DNA of 64,000 nt from Stegostoma tigrinum. Taxonomy: Eukaryota. A model generated the notes under the pieces. The model was not told the origin of the DNA. It worked only from the letters and a program-made list of their open reading frames with translations, and did no database searches. The position numbers were made by a program, and so were the translations under genes. Shown in pieces: positions 38,440 through 49,786 of the stretch. The stretch lies in assembly GCF_030684315.1 (NCBI RefSeq), contig NC_081369.1, positions 9,152,035-9,216,034 on the forward strand, in the 5' to 3' direction. Each line of letters opens with the position of its first letter. The stretch's first letter is position 1.

Positions 38440-39700
38440 CCAAATAGAATTAGCTGAACATGAGTTGATAGCCATTACATGGATGTGCTTGCAGGGTGAC
38501 CAAGATTGGCAACTCTATATTTAAAGGTTTTGAGTGTCCTAGAAGAATAGGCAAAACAGAAATTGCATGAAATAATTTTGTTAGTAAAGACAAGTGTCAG
38601 TGAGGCAATGACTGGTGAAACAAATTAAATACACCCAGTTCTGGATTCAGTTTGAGTGGAATTAAGAAAGAGATCATGGCTGGGAGTTGACAATATGCCA
38701 CCAATTTGCCTCACTCTTGGACATTTTGATCTGATACTAGAGCAGACTGGATTTGGTGAAGTGCAAGGAAGCAGCTGCTTCACTTGGAAGGTCTGCCTCG
38801 AGCTTTGGATATTGATGTGGGAGTAAGTAAACAGGCAGATGTTATACCTTCTGCAATTGTACGGGAAAGTACTTTGCGTGTGGGGTGGCATTTGGTGTGG
38901 AGGAGGAGCAGGACGAGAATGGGAAATATCTACGCATAAGGCTGACAAGAGGGGAGATGGGAATATGGTTCTGGTGGTGAGATCCTGCTGAAAGTGGTGG
39001 AATTCGCGGTTTGCAATCCTTTGGATGTGGATGCCAATGCTCACAGTGTGGTCTCCTCTAATTGGGGAGATTATGCGCAGACTGGGGGACTACTTTGAAG
39101 AACATCTATGTTCTGTTCACAAAGATGATCCCAAGCTCCCTGTTGCCTGCCACGTCAATAAACCTGTGTGTTCTTTGGTCAGCATCTTTGAATCGGCCTT
39201 GCTGCAGTACTGCAGCGAAAGTAAGCACGAAGTTGAAGAACAGCATTTCCCTTTCTGTTTGGGAAACCTGCAGCCTTCAGAACTTAGTATCAAGTTCAAC
39301 AGTTTAAGATTCTGAGTAGCTTTTCACGTGTCCTTACCCCAAATTGCATGCAAGAGGTTTTGCTTCTCCAATAACCAACTCATTGCCAGCCACTCACAGT
39401 TCAAATTAACAGCTATTGATTGTCCCAGGCTTACTTTTATCCATGCCTTCATCTGTCCAATTGCTGCAGTCTCTCCGTCTGTGCTCCATCTTCACCTATT
39501 GTTTAATCCTCTCCTCTTGCCCACCCCATCTTCAACATGTATGCCAATCTTTTCCTAGTTACAATCAGTTCTGAAGAATGGCCACTGCACCTGAAACGTT
39601 AACTCAGCTTACTCAATAGATGCTGCCAGCCCTGCTGATATTTTGCCAGAAATTTCTATGTCTTTTTCTGATTTCCAGCATCTGCAGTTCTTTGGTATTG
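38440..39700. mobile_element. Composite CR1 + inverted Penelope, with GIY-YIG C-terminus and 3' repeat
   Basis: GEIMRRLGDYFEEHLCSV..PVACHVN..EEQHFPFCLGNLQPSELSIKFN; hammerhead-like motif at about 39567-39604. Confidence 0.85.
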
Positions 39701-40050
39701 TGGGGAAGTATGACTTTCTAACCTGGCTCCTAACTGATCAAAATCTTTCAGAAAAAGAAGTGTTCCTCATCCGAACAATAAAACTGCTTCCATCATGGAT
39801 GTGATCTATTGGACCCCTCCCCTCCCTTTCCAAATTCTAATCTCATCTGGCAAAGTATTGGCAACACAGCTTTTAGGACTCTTGCACTTGATACAATGCA
39901 CAGTATCTATTCCCTTAATTATATTGCTCAGTACAAGTACTACATTCTTCTTTTTGTCCCTCACTTGAATGTCTCCCTCTATGAAATTGCTGTGGTCAGT
40001 CACTCATCCTTCCACAATTCAAAGTTACAGGTTGTGACATCATCTAAAAG

Positions 40051-40400
40051 TGGCGCAATGGTGAGCACTGTTGTCTCACAGCACCAGGGACCCGATTTTG
40101 ATTCCGCTCTCGCGTGACTGTCCATGTGGAGGTTGCACATTCTCCCAATGTCTGCATCGGCTTCCAGTGGGTACTCTGGCTTACTCCCACAATCCAAAGA
40201 TGTGGAAATTAGGTGAATCAGCCATGCAAAATTGCCTACAGTGTTCGGGGATGTTTGGGTGGGGGTCTTAACCATGGGAAATGCATAATTAAAATAATTG
40301 GGTATAATCTGGGTGGGTTACTCCTCAGAGGTTCGGTGTGGTCTGGACGTGTTGGGCTGAATCATCTTTTTCCACACTGTAGGGATTCTGTGTAATCTAT
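40051..40400 (+). mobile_element. Diverged HE1-like V-SINE
   Basis: Aligns with 19234-19550. Confidence 0.85.
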
Positions 40401-40633
40401 GAAAGAGAAGCTTGTTTTCTTTTTGAATAAAATAGCTTACTGCAGTGAACTGCTGGTCTGCTGGTTTCACTTTTGGTCTGAATAGTTTCTTTGTGTCTTA
40501 CCTACAGTCCCAGCTGTTGTGCTAACTGACTATCAATCGCCTTGTGATTGGCAGGAAGGGGTCATTGAATAGTCTCCAGTCCACAAACCGATCAGATTTA
40601 CTTATAAACAACACCTTTGCTTCAGTTCCCTTG

Positions 40634-41418
40634 TGTTATAAAGTGGAGGTCGATGCCCTCTGAAACCCCCAAAGAGAAGTACCTCACCCTATAATCTGTT
40701 AAAAGGGAGTGTGAAATGTGGTGTAACCTGCCTTTCAGCAACTTCTAGTGTTTAAATAAAATTAATCCCTGACACTCACTTTACAATCAACAAGTAACAA
40801 GTTATTTATCTAACTTTAACATTGAAATAATACACCACATTGTTAGCATACCAAATAAACCCCTTCTAACAACTAACTATTCCCGAATAAAACAAGATTC
40901 TGCTGGTATGCTGCTCCAGGAAGTACAAGATCTAGTTTAAGAAAAGCATTGAATTTAGTCTGTTGAAACTATAGCCAGATTACACATCTTCTGGAATCTT
41001 TTGTGCCTTCGCCATTGATTCTTCTGTCAGGAATCTTAACTAGTTGTGTTAATTCTTTAGACCGTACTTTCTCTAAGATGTAGAGAAGAGTGTGAGAGTT
41101 AGCGATTCTCCCTGTTGAGCAGAGAGTTGTTAACTCTGGCAGATGCCAGTTTGCTGTCCTGTCTTCGTCCAACTGCACTCTTCCTTTATACCATCTGTCA
41201 ATTTTCTAACACCGGGATCAGTCCCATGTTGTTAAAATTTTCACATTTAAATTTAATTGGTTTGCAGATCTAAGTGCCTGGTTCAAATTGAGTGGCTAAA
41301 TTCAGAACTTGCTGTCCTGGTACAAGCAGTTGCCTGGCCTGCTAATTACATGGCCGTTTGATATAAATGTTTCAGTTTGGTTGCTCTTTTCACAAGTGTT
41401 CTATTGAACTTTGCAACA
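40634..41418 (-). repeat. Probable 3' LTR of the Gypsy element
   Basis: Minus-strand polypurine tract AAGGGGAAGG directly followed by TGTTG at 41418; AACA end at 40634. Confidence 0.6.
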
Positions 41419-44400
41419 CCTTCCCCTTAATAAAAAAATGAAAAGATGACTTCAATTTTAAAAAAACCTTAACCCTGCCATTTTGTTACCCTAGGGTTAA
41501 ATTTTTTATACAAATTCAACATATATACAACATTGAAAACTACAATTTCTTTCTGGTATAATATTTTACTTTTTCAAACTCACAATAAAGCATCTGTGAT
41601 AATATTTTCACAATTTGTGACATGTTCTTTTATTGAACAAACCCATCAACAGTGCCACTATGCGACCAATGTTTGGAACAAATATCCTGTAGAATCTGCT
41701 CAATCACAAAAATCATAGCACTTCCTTCTTTGATGGTGGTATTGCAAATTCCTCAATGGCCTTTGTCTTCATATTCCTTGTTGTCATCCGAAGTTGGGCC
41801 CTAAGAATGTCACTTCCGCCTTCACAGCGTTGTTTTGCCAAGTTTATGACCAACTTTGCCTTCAGTCGTGTCTCAAAGAGCTCTGCTAAATTCTCCATGT
41901 GATCTTTCCATGAATGGCTACAGGCCACTAAGTCATGCAGGTAAACAGCACAATTAATCAATCCTGCCACAACTCTGTTCCAAGTCATTGAAAAGTGGCT
42001 GGCACGTTTTTCACTCCAGAAGTCATTACTTTAACAGTCTGATTACTGATACAGTCCATTTGTGTTTACAAAAGCAGAAGCTTCTTTTGCTCTCTCCAAC
42101 AACGGTATTTGTCAGTGACCGCAAAGTAAGTCCAACTTTGTGACGTAACTGCATTGTCCTACATTTTCCTCACAGTCCTCCATCCTTGGAATTGGATGTG
42201 AGTCAGACTTAGTCACAGTATTGACCTTCTAATAATCAATGCAGAATCATTGAGTACCATCCGGTTTGAGAACCAACATGATTGGTGAGCTCCACTCAGT
42301 TACTTGCCTGTATGTTATCTTCTTGGGGCATCGCTTTCATTTCTTTCTGACCCTGCACTGGTTTGAGAGGCTTAAGATTGTAGGGGTGAGATAGCAAGAA
42401 CTGCAGATGCTGGAGTCAGAGATAGCAAAGTGCAGAGCTGGAGGAACAAAGCAGGCCAGGTGGCATCAGACAAACAGGAAAGTTGGAGTTTTGGGCCGGG
42501 ACTCTTCTTCAGAAAAAAAGACTATGGGAGTGTTATTTTATTGGAACAGCATTCTCTGATTCAGACTCATATACTATGGCATTAGTCTCCTAATTCTATT
42601 TCTGCATTAGATCTCATAGCACTGCAACAAGACTTTCAATTTAGCTCTCTGTTTCTGGAACAGACAGGTCCCCTACCCCTTTCCTTATGGACTTCCTTAG
42701 TATTCAATAATTTTTGAGGCATCTCAAAATCTAAATAATCTGGATTTGGCTTCTCTCTCTGTGTGGCTGTAACTAATACACATTTCTCTGGTTCCCCTTC
42801 CCACTCATAATTAGGTTTCAGCATGTTCACATGGCATATCCAATATATTTTTTCCTATCTGGCATCTTTCTCAGACAATGTGCTTGATGCAACTTCTTGA
42901 CAACCTGATAGGGATGACTAAACCTGGCTTTGAAGTGTTCTTATACCATTGGTAACAGCACCGATCCTTTACTCATTGACAAATGTACAAATTTTAGATT
43001 TCTTACCTGCTTCATGCTTCACTTTCAAATGTTGTTTAGCTAATTCACCTATGCTGTTTAATTTTTCTCTCATGTCAGATTCATAATCCAACTGTGACAT
43101 ATCCGACTTTGGACCTATCAACATTTCCTTAATTAATATTAAAGGCCCTTTTATTTCGTGTCCAAATATCAATTCAAATAAAGTAAACTGAGTCGATTCA
43201 TTTGGAGCATCGCTAATAGCAAATAGTATAAATGGGACACCTTTATCCCAAACAATTGGCTAATCCTTGTAATAAGCTGTCACAATTGTCTCTAACGTCT
43301 GATGCCACTTTCCCAATGTTCTCTGGAATTCAATATGGTACACAGTTGGGTTAAATGTTGGATGCCTAAGCTCTCTACAACACCCGTGTATAATTTGGCA
43401 GTAAAATTGAACTCTTGGTCTGACTGAATCTCCCTGGATAGGAAACGACAGTAAGGAAAGCAATCAACTCCTTCACAAATTTGTTCGTCTTGAAATTGTG
43501 CAATGGAATTGCATCTGGAAATCTGAAAGAGACATTCATTGTGTTTAGGAAATACTAGTTCCCACTTTTGATTTTAGGCAGGGAACCTCCACAATCGAAT
43601 ATAACCCATGTAAACATTATTCAACTGTGAGAATTGACATCGAAGGCACTAATTTTTTAACTGTCTCTGGCTTTCCTGCCGTTTTACATTTATTAGAGTT
43701 ATGACAAAATTCAACCACTTCTCTATGTAATACAGGCCAATAGAAATGGTTCTGTACATTGGCCAGAGTCTTCCTCATTCCTAGATGACTGCCAACAGGT
43801 AATTTTAGTGCTACCCAAAATACCTACTGCTTGTATTCCAGCAGCAACACAATCTGGTGAACATCTGCCCATTTATTGTTTTGCTAACCTATCAAGTTCT
43901 CCATTTCCACCTTAATATTTTGCCCTTACATTAATAGTGTTCTGGAATACATTCTGATTCCTTTTCCGAGTAGGCTTCATGGCATAAATCCTTTATCGTC
44001 CAATCCTTTTGTTGTAATTCCATTAGTCTTTCAGAATTAAACACCTCTTTCTGAGCGTCCACCTGCTTAGTTTTTCTTTTACCATCTCGTCTAACAGAGA
44101 GTCAGCTAAGTGGGCCTGAAGACCTTTATCTTTCTCCATTGCTTTCCCCTCTTGTTTTAAATTATGGAAGTGGGATCTTGTCGACATTGTCTGGAAAAGT
44201 GCCAGTGCATTTTCTTTTAACTGCTTAGTTCACTGGTTTTATTTCTGTTTCTCCACTACAATGGGCATCACTCTTTCATGAGATCATGCTATATTGGTGC
44301 AAACAACAAACTGTATTCATGGGATAGCCAATTTTCCGCTATCATTATTTCCCCAGTCATGACTGGACTTTCTAGCCTTATCATAAACAGGGCAAATCTC

Positions 44401-45380
44401 AGGTGATATTTCAGAAGGAGTGGAACGATTTTTGTCTCTTGCTGTTAGTGATTAACTGGGTCCCGTATCTCTCAATATTGTAATTTCTTTACCTACTCAT
44501 CCTGTTCTAACTGAGTAAACCATACCCGTATAAATGAAGTCTTTGAAAAGATCAAGAGCAGTCTTACTATCCAGCCTGTGACAAGGCTGCGCACTCTCCT
44601 GGACCTTCTCGACTTCTCTTGGGATTTCTTTCACTACATCACTGAATCCCACTAGTTCAACCTCTTTTACTGTATTGTTTTTCCCAACGCCTTTCTTAAC
44701 CAACCAGCATTGTGGCTTTGTATGTCCCACTTTATTGCAGTGAAAGCATCTCATTTCCACTTTCTTGGCTTCGTTTTGCACATGTGGTAAAGTGTTCCCA
44801 GCAAGATCCAATGTTGTCTTTCATTGAAGGATCTCCCCTCTTCCAAATTCTTATCCCTCATGTAATGGCATAGCTATTGGAAGCTAGATTTCAATTTATG
44901 CACGAATGCCTATTCATCTGCCATCTCTGCAGCTCTTCTGGTCGGTAAAGTTATTCCACAACACGAGATCTTATTACATCTGAAATTGAGTTTTTAAACT
45001 TCTCCAGCAGAATAATCCTTTAAGAGCTTCATACGTCCTTTCTATCTTTAGTGCTTTCATCAATCCTGGATGTTGTTCTGTTTAATTCTTTTGAACTCAA
45101 TATAAGTCTGACCTAGTTCCTTTCTTATATTCCTGAGCCATTGTATATATACTTTGGAACCAATTCATAGGCAGGAAACAGCCTTTTTGCCTTCTTCATA
45201 TACTCCCTCACAGTACTGCAAACACCTCATTATACTTACCGATCGACTTGGTCTGATTTAACATTACCAACATAGTCCCTGGCTAGTTCATCTGTTTAAC
45301 GTATTTCTCAATGGAAATCAAAATATTTTCTGCATTTTTCATTTTGGTGATACTTTGATACATTTGTATAGATCCCTATC
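40634..45380 (-). mobile_element. Decayed Gmr1-type Gypsy LTR retrotransposon (gag-CCHC, protease, integrase, RT, 3' LTR)
   Basis: Minus-strand order: gag with RCFHCNKVGHTKPQCW (about 44750), ILRDTG (about 44475), integrase HLGMRKT..HFYWP and core (43800-42950), RT AVYLHDL (about 41940). Nested Penelope fragment at about 42388-42515. Confidence 0.85.
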
Positions 45381-46097
45381 AGGCCTTTGGCTATGATGGC
45401 TTTGCTCATCATCACTCTCCACCTCTCTCTTCTTCACGCCAGTATGATCCTGACTGAGGGAACTAAACTCTCCTCCAATGTCACTGCTTTTCTAGCTGTC
45501 CTTTGCCCTATCCCCTGGGCTAAGTGCTGTGGTGCCACTGGGCTGATCGTGACCCAATCCCTGCATTGCAGACCCTGACCAACACTTCACTAACCAAACA
45601 CCTGAGCTTTCCTGAATGCTTGAAATGGAAGGGGGCTCTTTTTGGCTACCCTAGGCTGCTATGATTGATAGGTACCTGCATGGACTCTGCAGAGGACTCC
45701 TCCCTTAAAACTTTGAGACATGCCTGCCTGCTGGCTGCATATGATGTGTGTGTTGGTCAATAAATTGCTGGCCCATGCTGCAGGTGTGAGATTGATGTAC
45801 CACGTTGCACGTATCAGGTTTTATCCCACATTGACTATGAACTGTTCACTTGTACTGTTAGCTGCATGGTTCTGAGAGCACAGTAAAAGGCAAGGCATAG
45901 CATACATGCAGTTAGCTTGCAGGTAGGCTCTGATTGAAAGCATGTCACTAGAGCATTCAAGCAGACCTGGGAGACAACCTCTCTCTTCACAAAAGGTGCC
46001 CTTCTAGCAGACTTTTAATTCAAATCGCTGGAGTTCTTAAAAACAACCAAGTAAAGATTAATTGAATATTACAATGATAGGTACTAATTATGGCTAT

Positions 46098-46367
46098 TTA
46101 ATATGCTACTCTAAAGCGTGATTTGCAGAGAGGTGAGATTGTACAGGCTTGGAGTTCAACATGCAAAAGAGTACCATCACTACGCGTACGAGAAATATCT
46201 TTCTTATTGAAATTTTTATGGCTTGTTGTTTCTTGTGCGTAGATATTTACCATTACTTCCTTGTGTTTTCCTATCTGCAGCTCAAGCATATTCTGTGCCT
46301 CCTTCACAGAAACAATCAACACTAGCACAGTGTGAATCATCTTATTACTAAGAGCAACTCGTAGGAC
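46098..46367 (-). pseudogene. Paralog D, isolated inverted homolog of gene B exon 6
   Basis: Minus strand ctttacag|GTCCTACGAG matches cctttacag|GTCCGTCAAG. GGCACAGAATATGCTTGAGCTGCAGATAGGAAAACACAAGGAAGTA matches GGCACAGAGTATGCCCCGTTGCAGACTGGAAGACCAAAAGAAGTA. Confidence 0.75.
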
Positions 46368-49300
46368 CTGTAAAGAAAGTATTTGTAATATTGTCATTTG
46401 GTCTTTATCTAAACTTTCTACAAAGTGGTCAGGACATGAAAATAAAGTTTAAAAGATCATATGGCTAATGTCCAAAGAAACAAATGCCATCATTGGCCTA
46501 CAGAACCTGGTGCTCTGAACTGAATTCGTCCTTCAAAATTTTGTTTTCGTTTTAGATTTCCAACACTGGAGTTCCTCGTTTTATTGTAGTATTTTAAGTG
46601 CTTGAAGATGTTTATAAACATTCATAATCCCTCACCAGGCTAGTTATTCTGGTGAAATTTCAATTAGGATTGACTGTTTTCCCTGTATAATCATTGGTTG
46701 CCTTTGCCTTTCTTCTGCACTGTCCCTAACACACTAAGCTAAAGACGGCAGGTTCATCAAAGCCTCCTCTATATATTCTGAATTTGTCATTATTTAAAAA
46801 TAAAGATGTTTTGTTTTACTTTTAATCCACCAGACATTGGATAGCTCTGCATCAACCCTGTTCAGTCTGGGGCGAGGCGATATCTCACCCCAAAGGGTTG
46901 GGGAATGTTTGTTCGAACTAGTACACTTATATCTTAACTATGCGTGGTAAAACAATCCGTCTAGTGTCTTAGATGGCTGGTCCCTCAGCTGCCACAGAGA
47001 CCCTGCTCACAGTGCCAATTATCGTTGCCAATCACAACATACTCTGCACGTGACAGCTGCAAAATGAATCATAATTTATTAAACTCTATTTACTTCAACA
47101 GATATCTCAGCAACTTAACCAATTTCTCGTGCATTTCTGTAAGATTACTCAATGGATCACAATAAAATATGTTGCCTTGTTTATCCTTTCTGCTCAGTGC
47201 TTTAGTCTACCCTAAACCAGCCACGCAGGCAGCATATCACAGAAGAGAAAGTGATTGCGTGTCTCAGACGAGCCTTGGTGTCATTCGCTTATCATCACTT
47301 TGCAGTCATTAACTCAAGCTTCTGATTTAATCTCAAGGCGACAGCGGTAATTAGAAATCTGATAATATGTGGTGCAGTGTTAGTGTTCCTACTTCTGGGC
47401 AGGGAATGCGGGCGGGTGCATGTTACACGTGCTCTAGAAGTGAACATTTTGATTGAAACAAGAAAATAGCAGAAATTTGTCCCTCGTCAGTAGAGCGTGA
47501 TACTGGGGTGGTAGTGTGGCGGTAATGCCACTAAAGTGACAATGTTGAGGCTCGGATGACTTGGTTCACATCCCACGAGCGCTGTTGGTGGAATGTTCAA
47601 AAGTAAAAGGGACTCCTGTGGTTCACAGGGTTGAATAGCATTTCTGAAAAATTGAATAGGAAATATTTCTGGCTCCGCCCAGGAGCTGATTGTAACGGAC
47701 AACTTAATAACAGTATACTCTGAGAGACCTATTTCTCAAGGGAAGGGAATCTTTGAAGTGTAAGAACATCTGCTGAAGCCGACCAGCGAGGTCCAGGCAA
47801 CAATGAAGCAGAAACTTGGCGTCCTACAGTTGGCCCGGCACTTGGAGACATAATTAAATGGAGAATTGACTAAGACGAGAAGACGGCAATTTGGGTCAGT
47901 TCTTTGATTGTATGTTCGCACATTGATCAGAATTGTTTTCAATGTGGTTCAACTGCTCATTGCTCTTTTCTTATTGGTCGATTGTTCCCTGCACTGCAGG
48001 TGAGGTGCTATGGAAGTCGGTGTGGTGAACACAGCTGCTTAGATTCAAATTGTACTCCTGAGGTGTGAATCTATTATCTAGCTAGCTCCACCTCCAATTC
48101 AGGAAATAATGGAGAGTACGAGGTCCCTCGTATTGTCATTTGAGAGAAGCCGGGCTTGGCCTTGACCATCCAGTTGGGGCAGGATGTAACAGTGCCTAAT
48201 TTTATGGTGGTGCTTGCCGCAAAATGTAGTCTGGGGCTAAAGGGGGAAAACTGAAGAGTTTAATGCTTGACGTTTCATGGATACATGGTATATTATGCTT
48301 TACTCAGTCTTACTGGAGTCGCAAAACGATTTAGGGCTAACAATTTATTAGGCTGTGTGTCATTCACAAAGCTAGGGAGGGGAAAATGCTGATCCAACGA
48401 GGGAATAGTTCTGGTAATGACAGATACCAAGTTAAATGCAGTATCACATCATTAATCTCGGTCTTGACATACAGCTGGACAAATGAAGGTGATGGGAAGG
48501 TGATCTCCTCAGAAGAGGCAAAGGAACGGATATTTTGATGTGAAAAGGAAGGGAATAATGAAGAGAAGCAGAAGCCAAGTTTAGCTCTCCCCCCCCGCCC
48601 CCCCACAAACGTATAAGGAACAGAAAGCCTTGATACAATGATGCAATTATGGGCCATTAAATGGTTTTACACCAAAAGGCATGTAAGAGATCAGTCAAAT
48701 TTTTGAGAAGTCCTTTTAAGCGTTCTGAGAGATTCTCCATTATATCCATTTTCTCGACTGATTTGTATCCCCTTAGTCGTCCCATAACAGCCAGTGACTC
48801 CACAATTTCCACTTTCTTCGCCTTGTTTACATTGCTTGCATCTCATACAGTTCTGCTTCCTTAGCAATGTAACATAGACAGCCTTTTCAGTGCCTCGCTG
48901 TTAACAATTTTAAATACCTTAAACGCACGAAATATTTACCCCTACGCCAAGAGCAGGACAACACTCGCCTCATGCCAAGCGTCTCAACTGTTAAATGTGC
49001 TTTTTGGACCCTAATCGGCCACAGCTCTTTAGTCCGGAAATGCCATGATAAGCTTTTTGGAATGCCTTTTCACCTCTCATACTCTTTCTTTTGGCTTCTT
49101 CAATCTGCCGTTTCGATTCCCATTCGAATCTATATTTACCTGGTTCTTAGTTCAGTTATCCATCTGACTTCAGTTGCGCGTGTAGGTTTTCTACTTCATC
49201 TTAGTTTATTGCTCGGTCCGGCTCAAGAATTAATAGCAGCATCTTATTGTCTCGCGTCCTGAACTTCTCTGCATTGTTTGACATGGTCAACCCAACGGTT

Positions 49301-49654
49301 TATCCGTCAAAGCTTCTGTGTTGCTCCCCAATCTGGTTGCACCGATGTAACATATCAGGAATCTAAACCGAACTCGTAAGTGTTGAGAAATTTGACATTT
49401 GAAACGTCATATATTTTTCTTTGTGTTGACAACACGTGTCGTTCAACGGCGGAAGTAATGCAAAGATTAGATTGTTAGGCCTCGGAAATGAAGCCTATTT
49501 GCAGAAACCCCAGTTACAGGAAAACAAAGGTCACAGTCTCACAAGTGATGGCGATCTAACCGGAAGTTATCCTTCAACTTTACAGTCTCGCAGTTAATGT
49601 TGACCGGTATCAATTGCATTCGTTGCTCGGAACGAAAAGCGAGTGTGGTTTTTT

Positions 49655-49786
49655 TGAGATAGTGGGAACTGCCGATGCTGGAGAATCTGAGATAACAAGG
49701 TGTCGAGCTGGATGAACACAGCAGGCCAAGCAGCATCAGAGGAGCGGGAAGGCTGACGTTTCGGGCCGAGACCCTTCTTCAGAAAC
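49655..49786 (-). mobile_element. Penelope-derived fragment with hammerhead motif, a few nt upstream of the paralog C ATG
   Basis: Minus strand CUGAAGA-AGGGUCUCGGCCC-GAAACGUC. Confidence 0.8.

Noticed and set aside
46920-47050. Possible minus-strand TM exon for paralog D (donor-like gttaagatata)
   Set aside because: The translation is not hydrophobic and does not align with the other TM exons.
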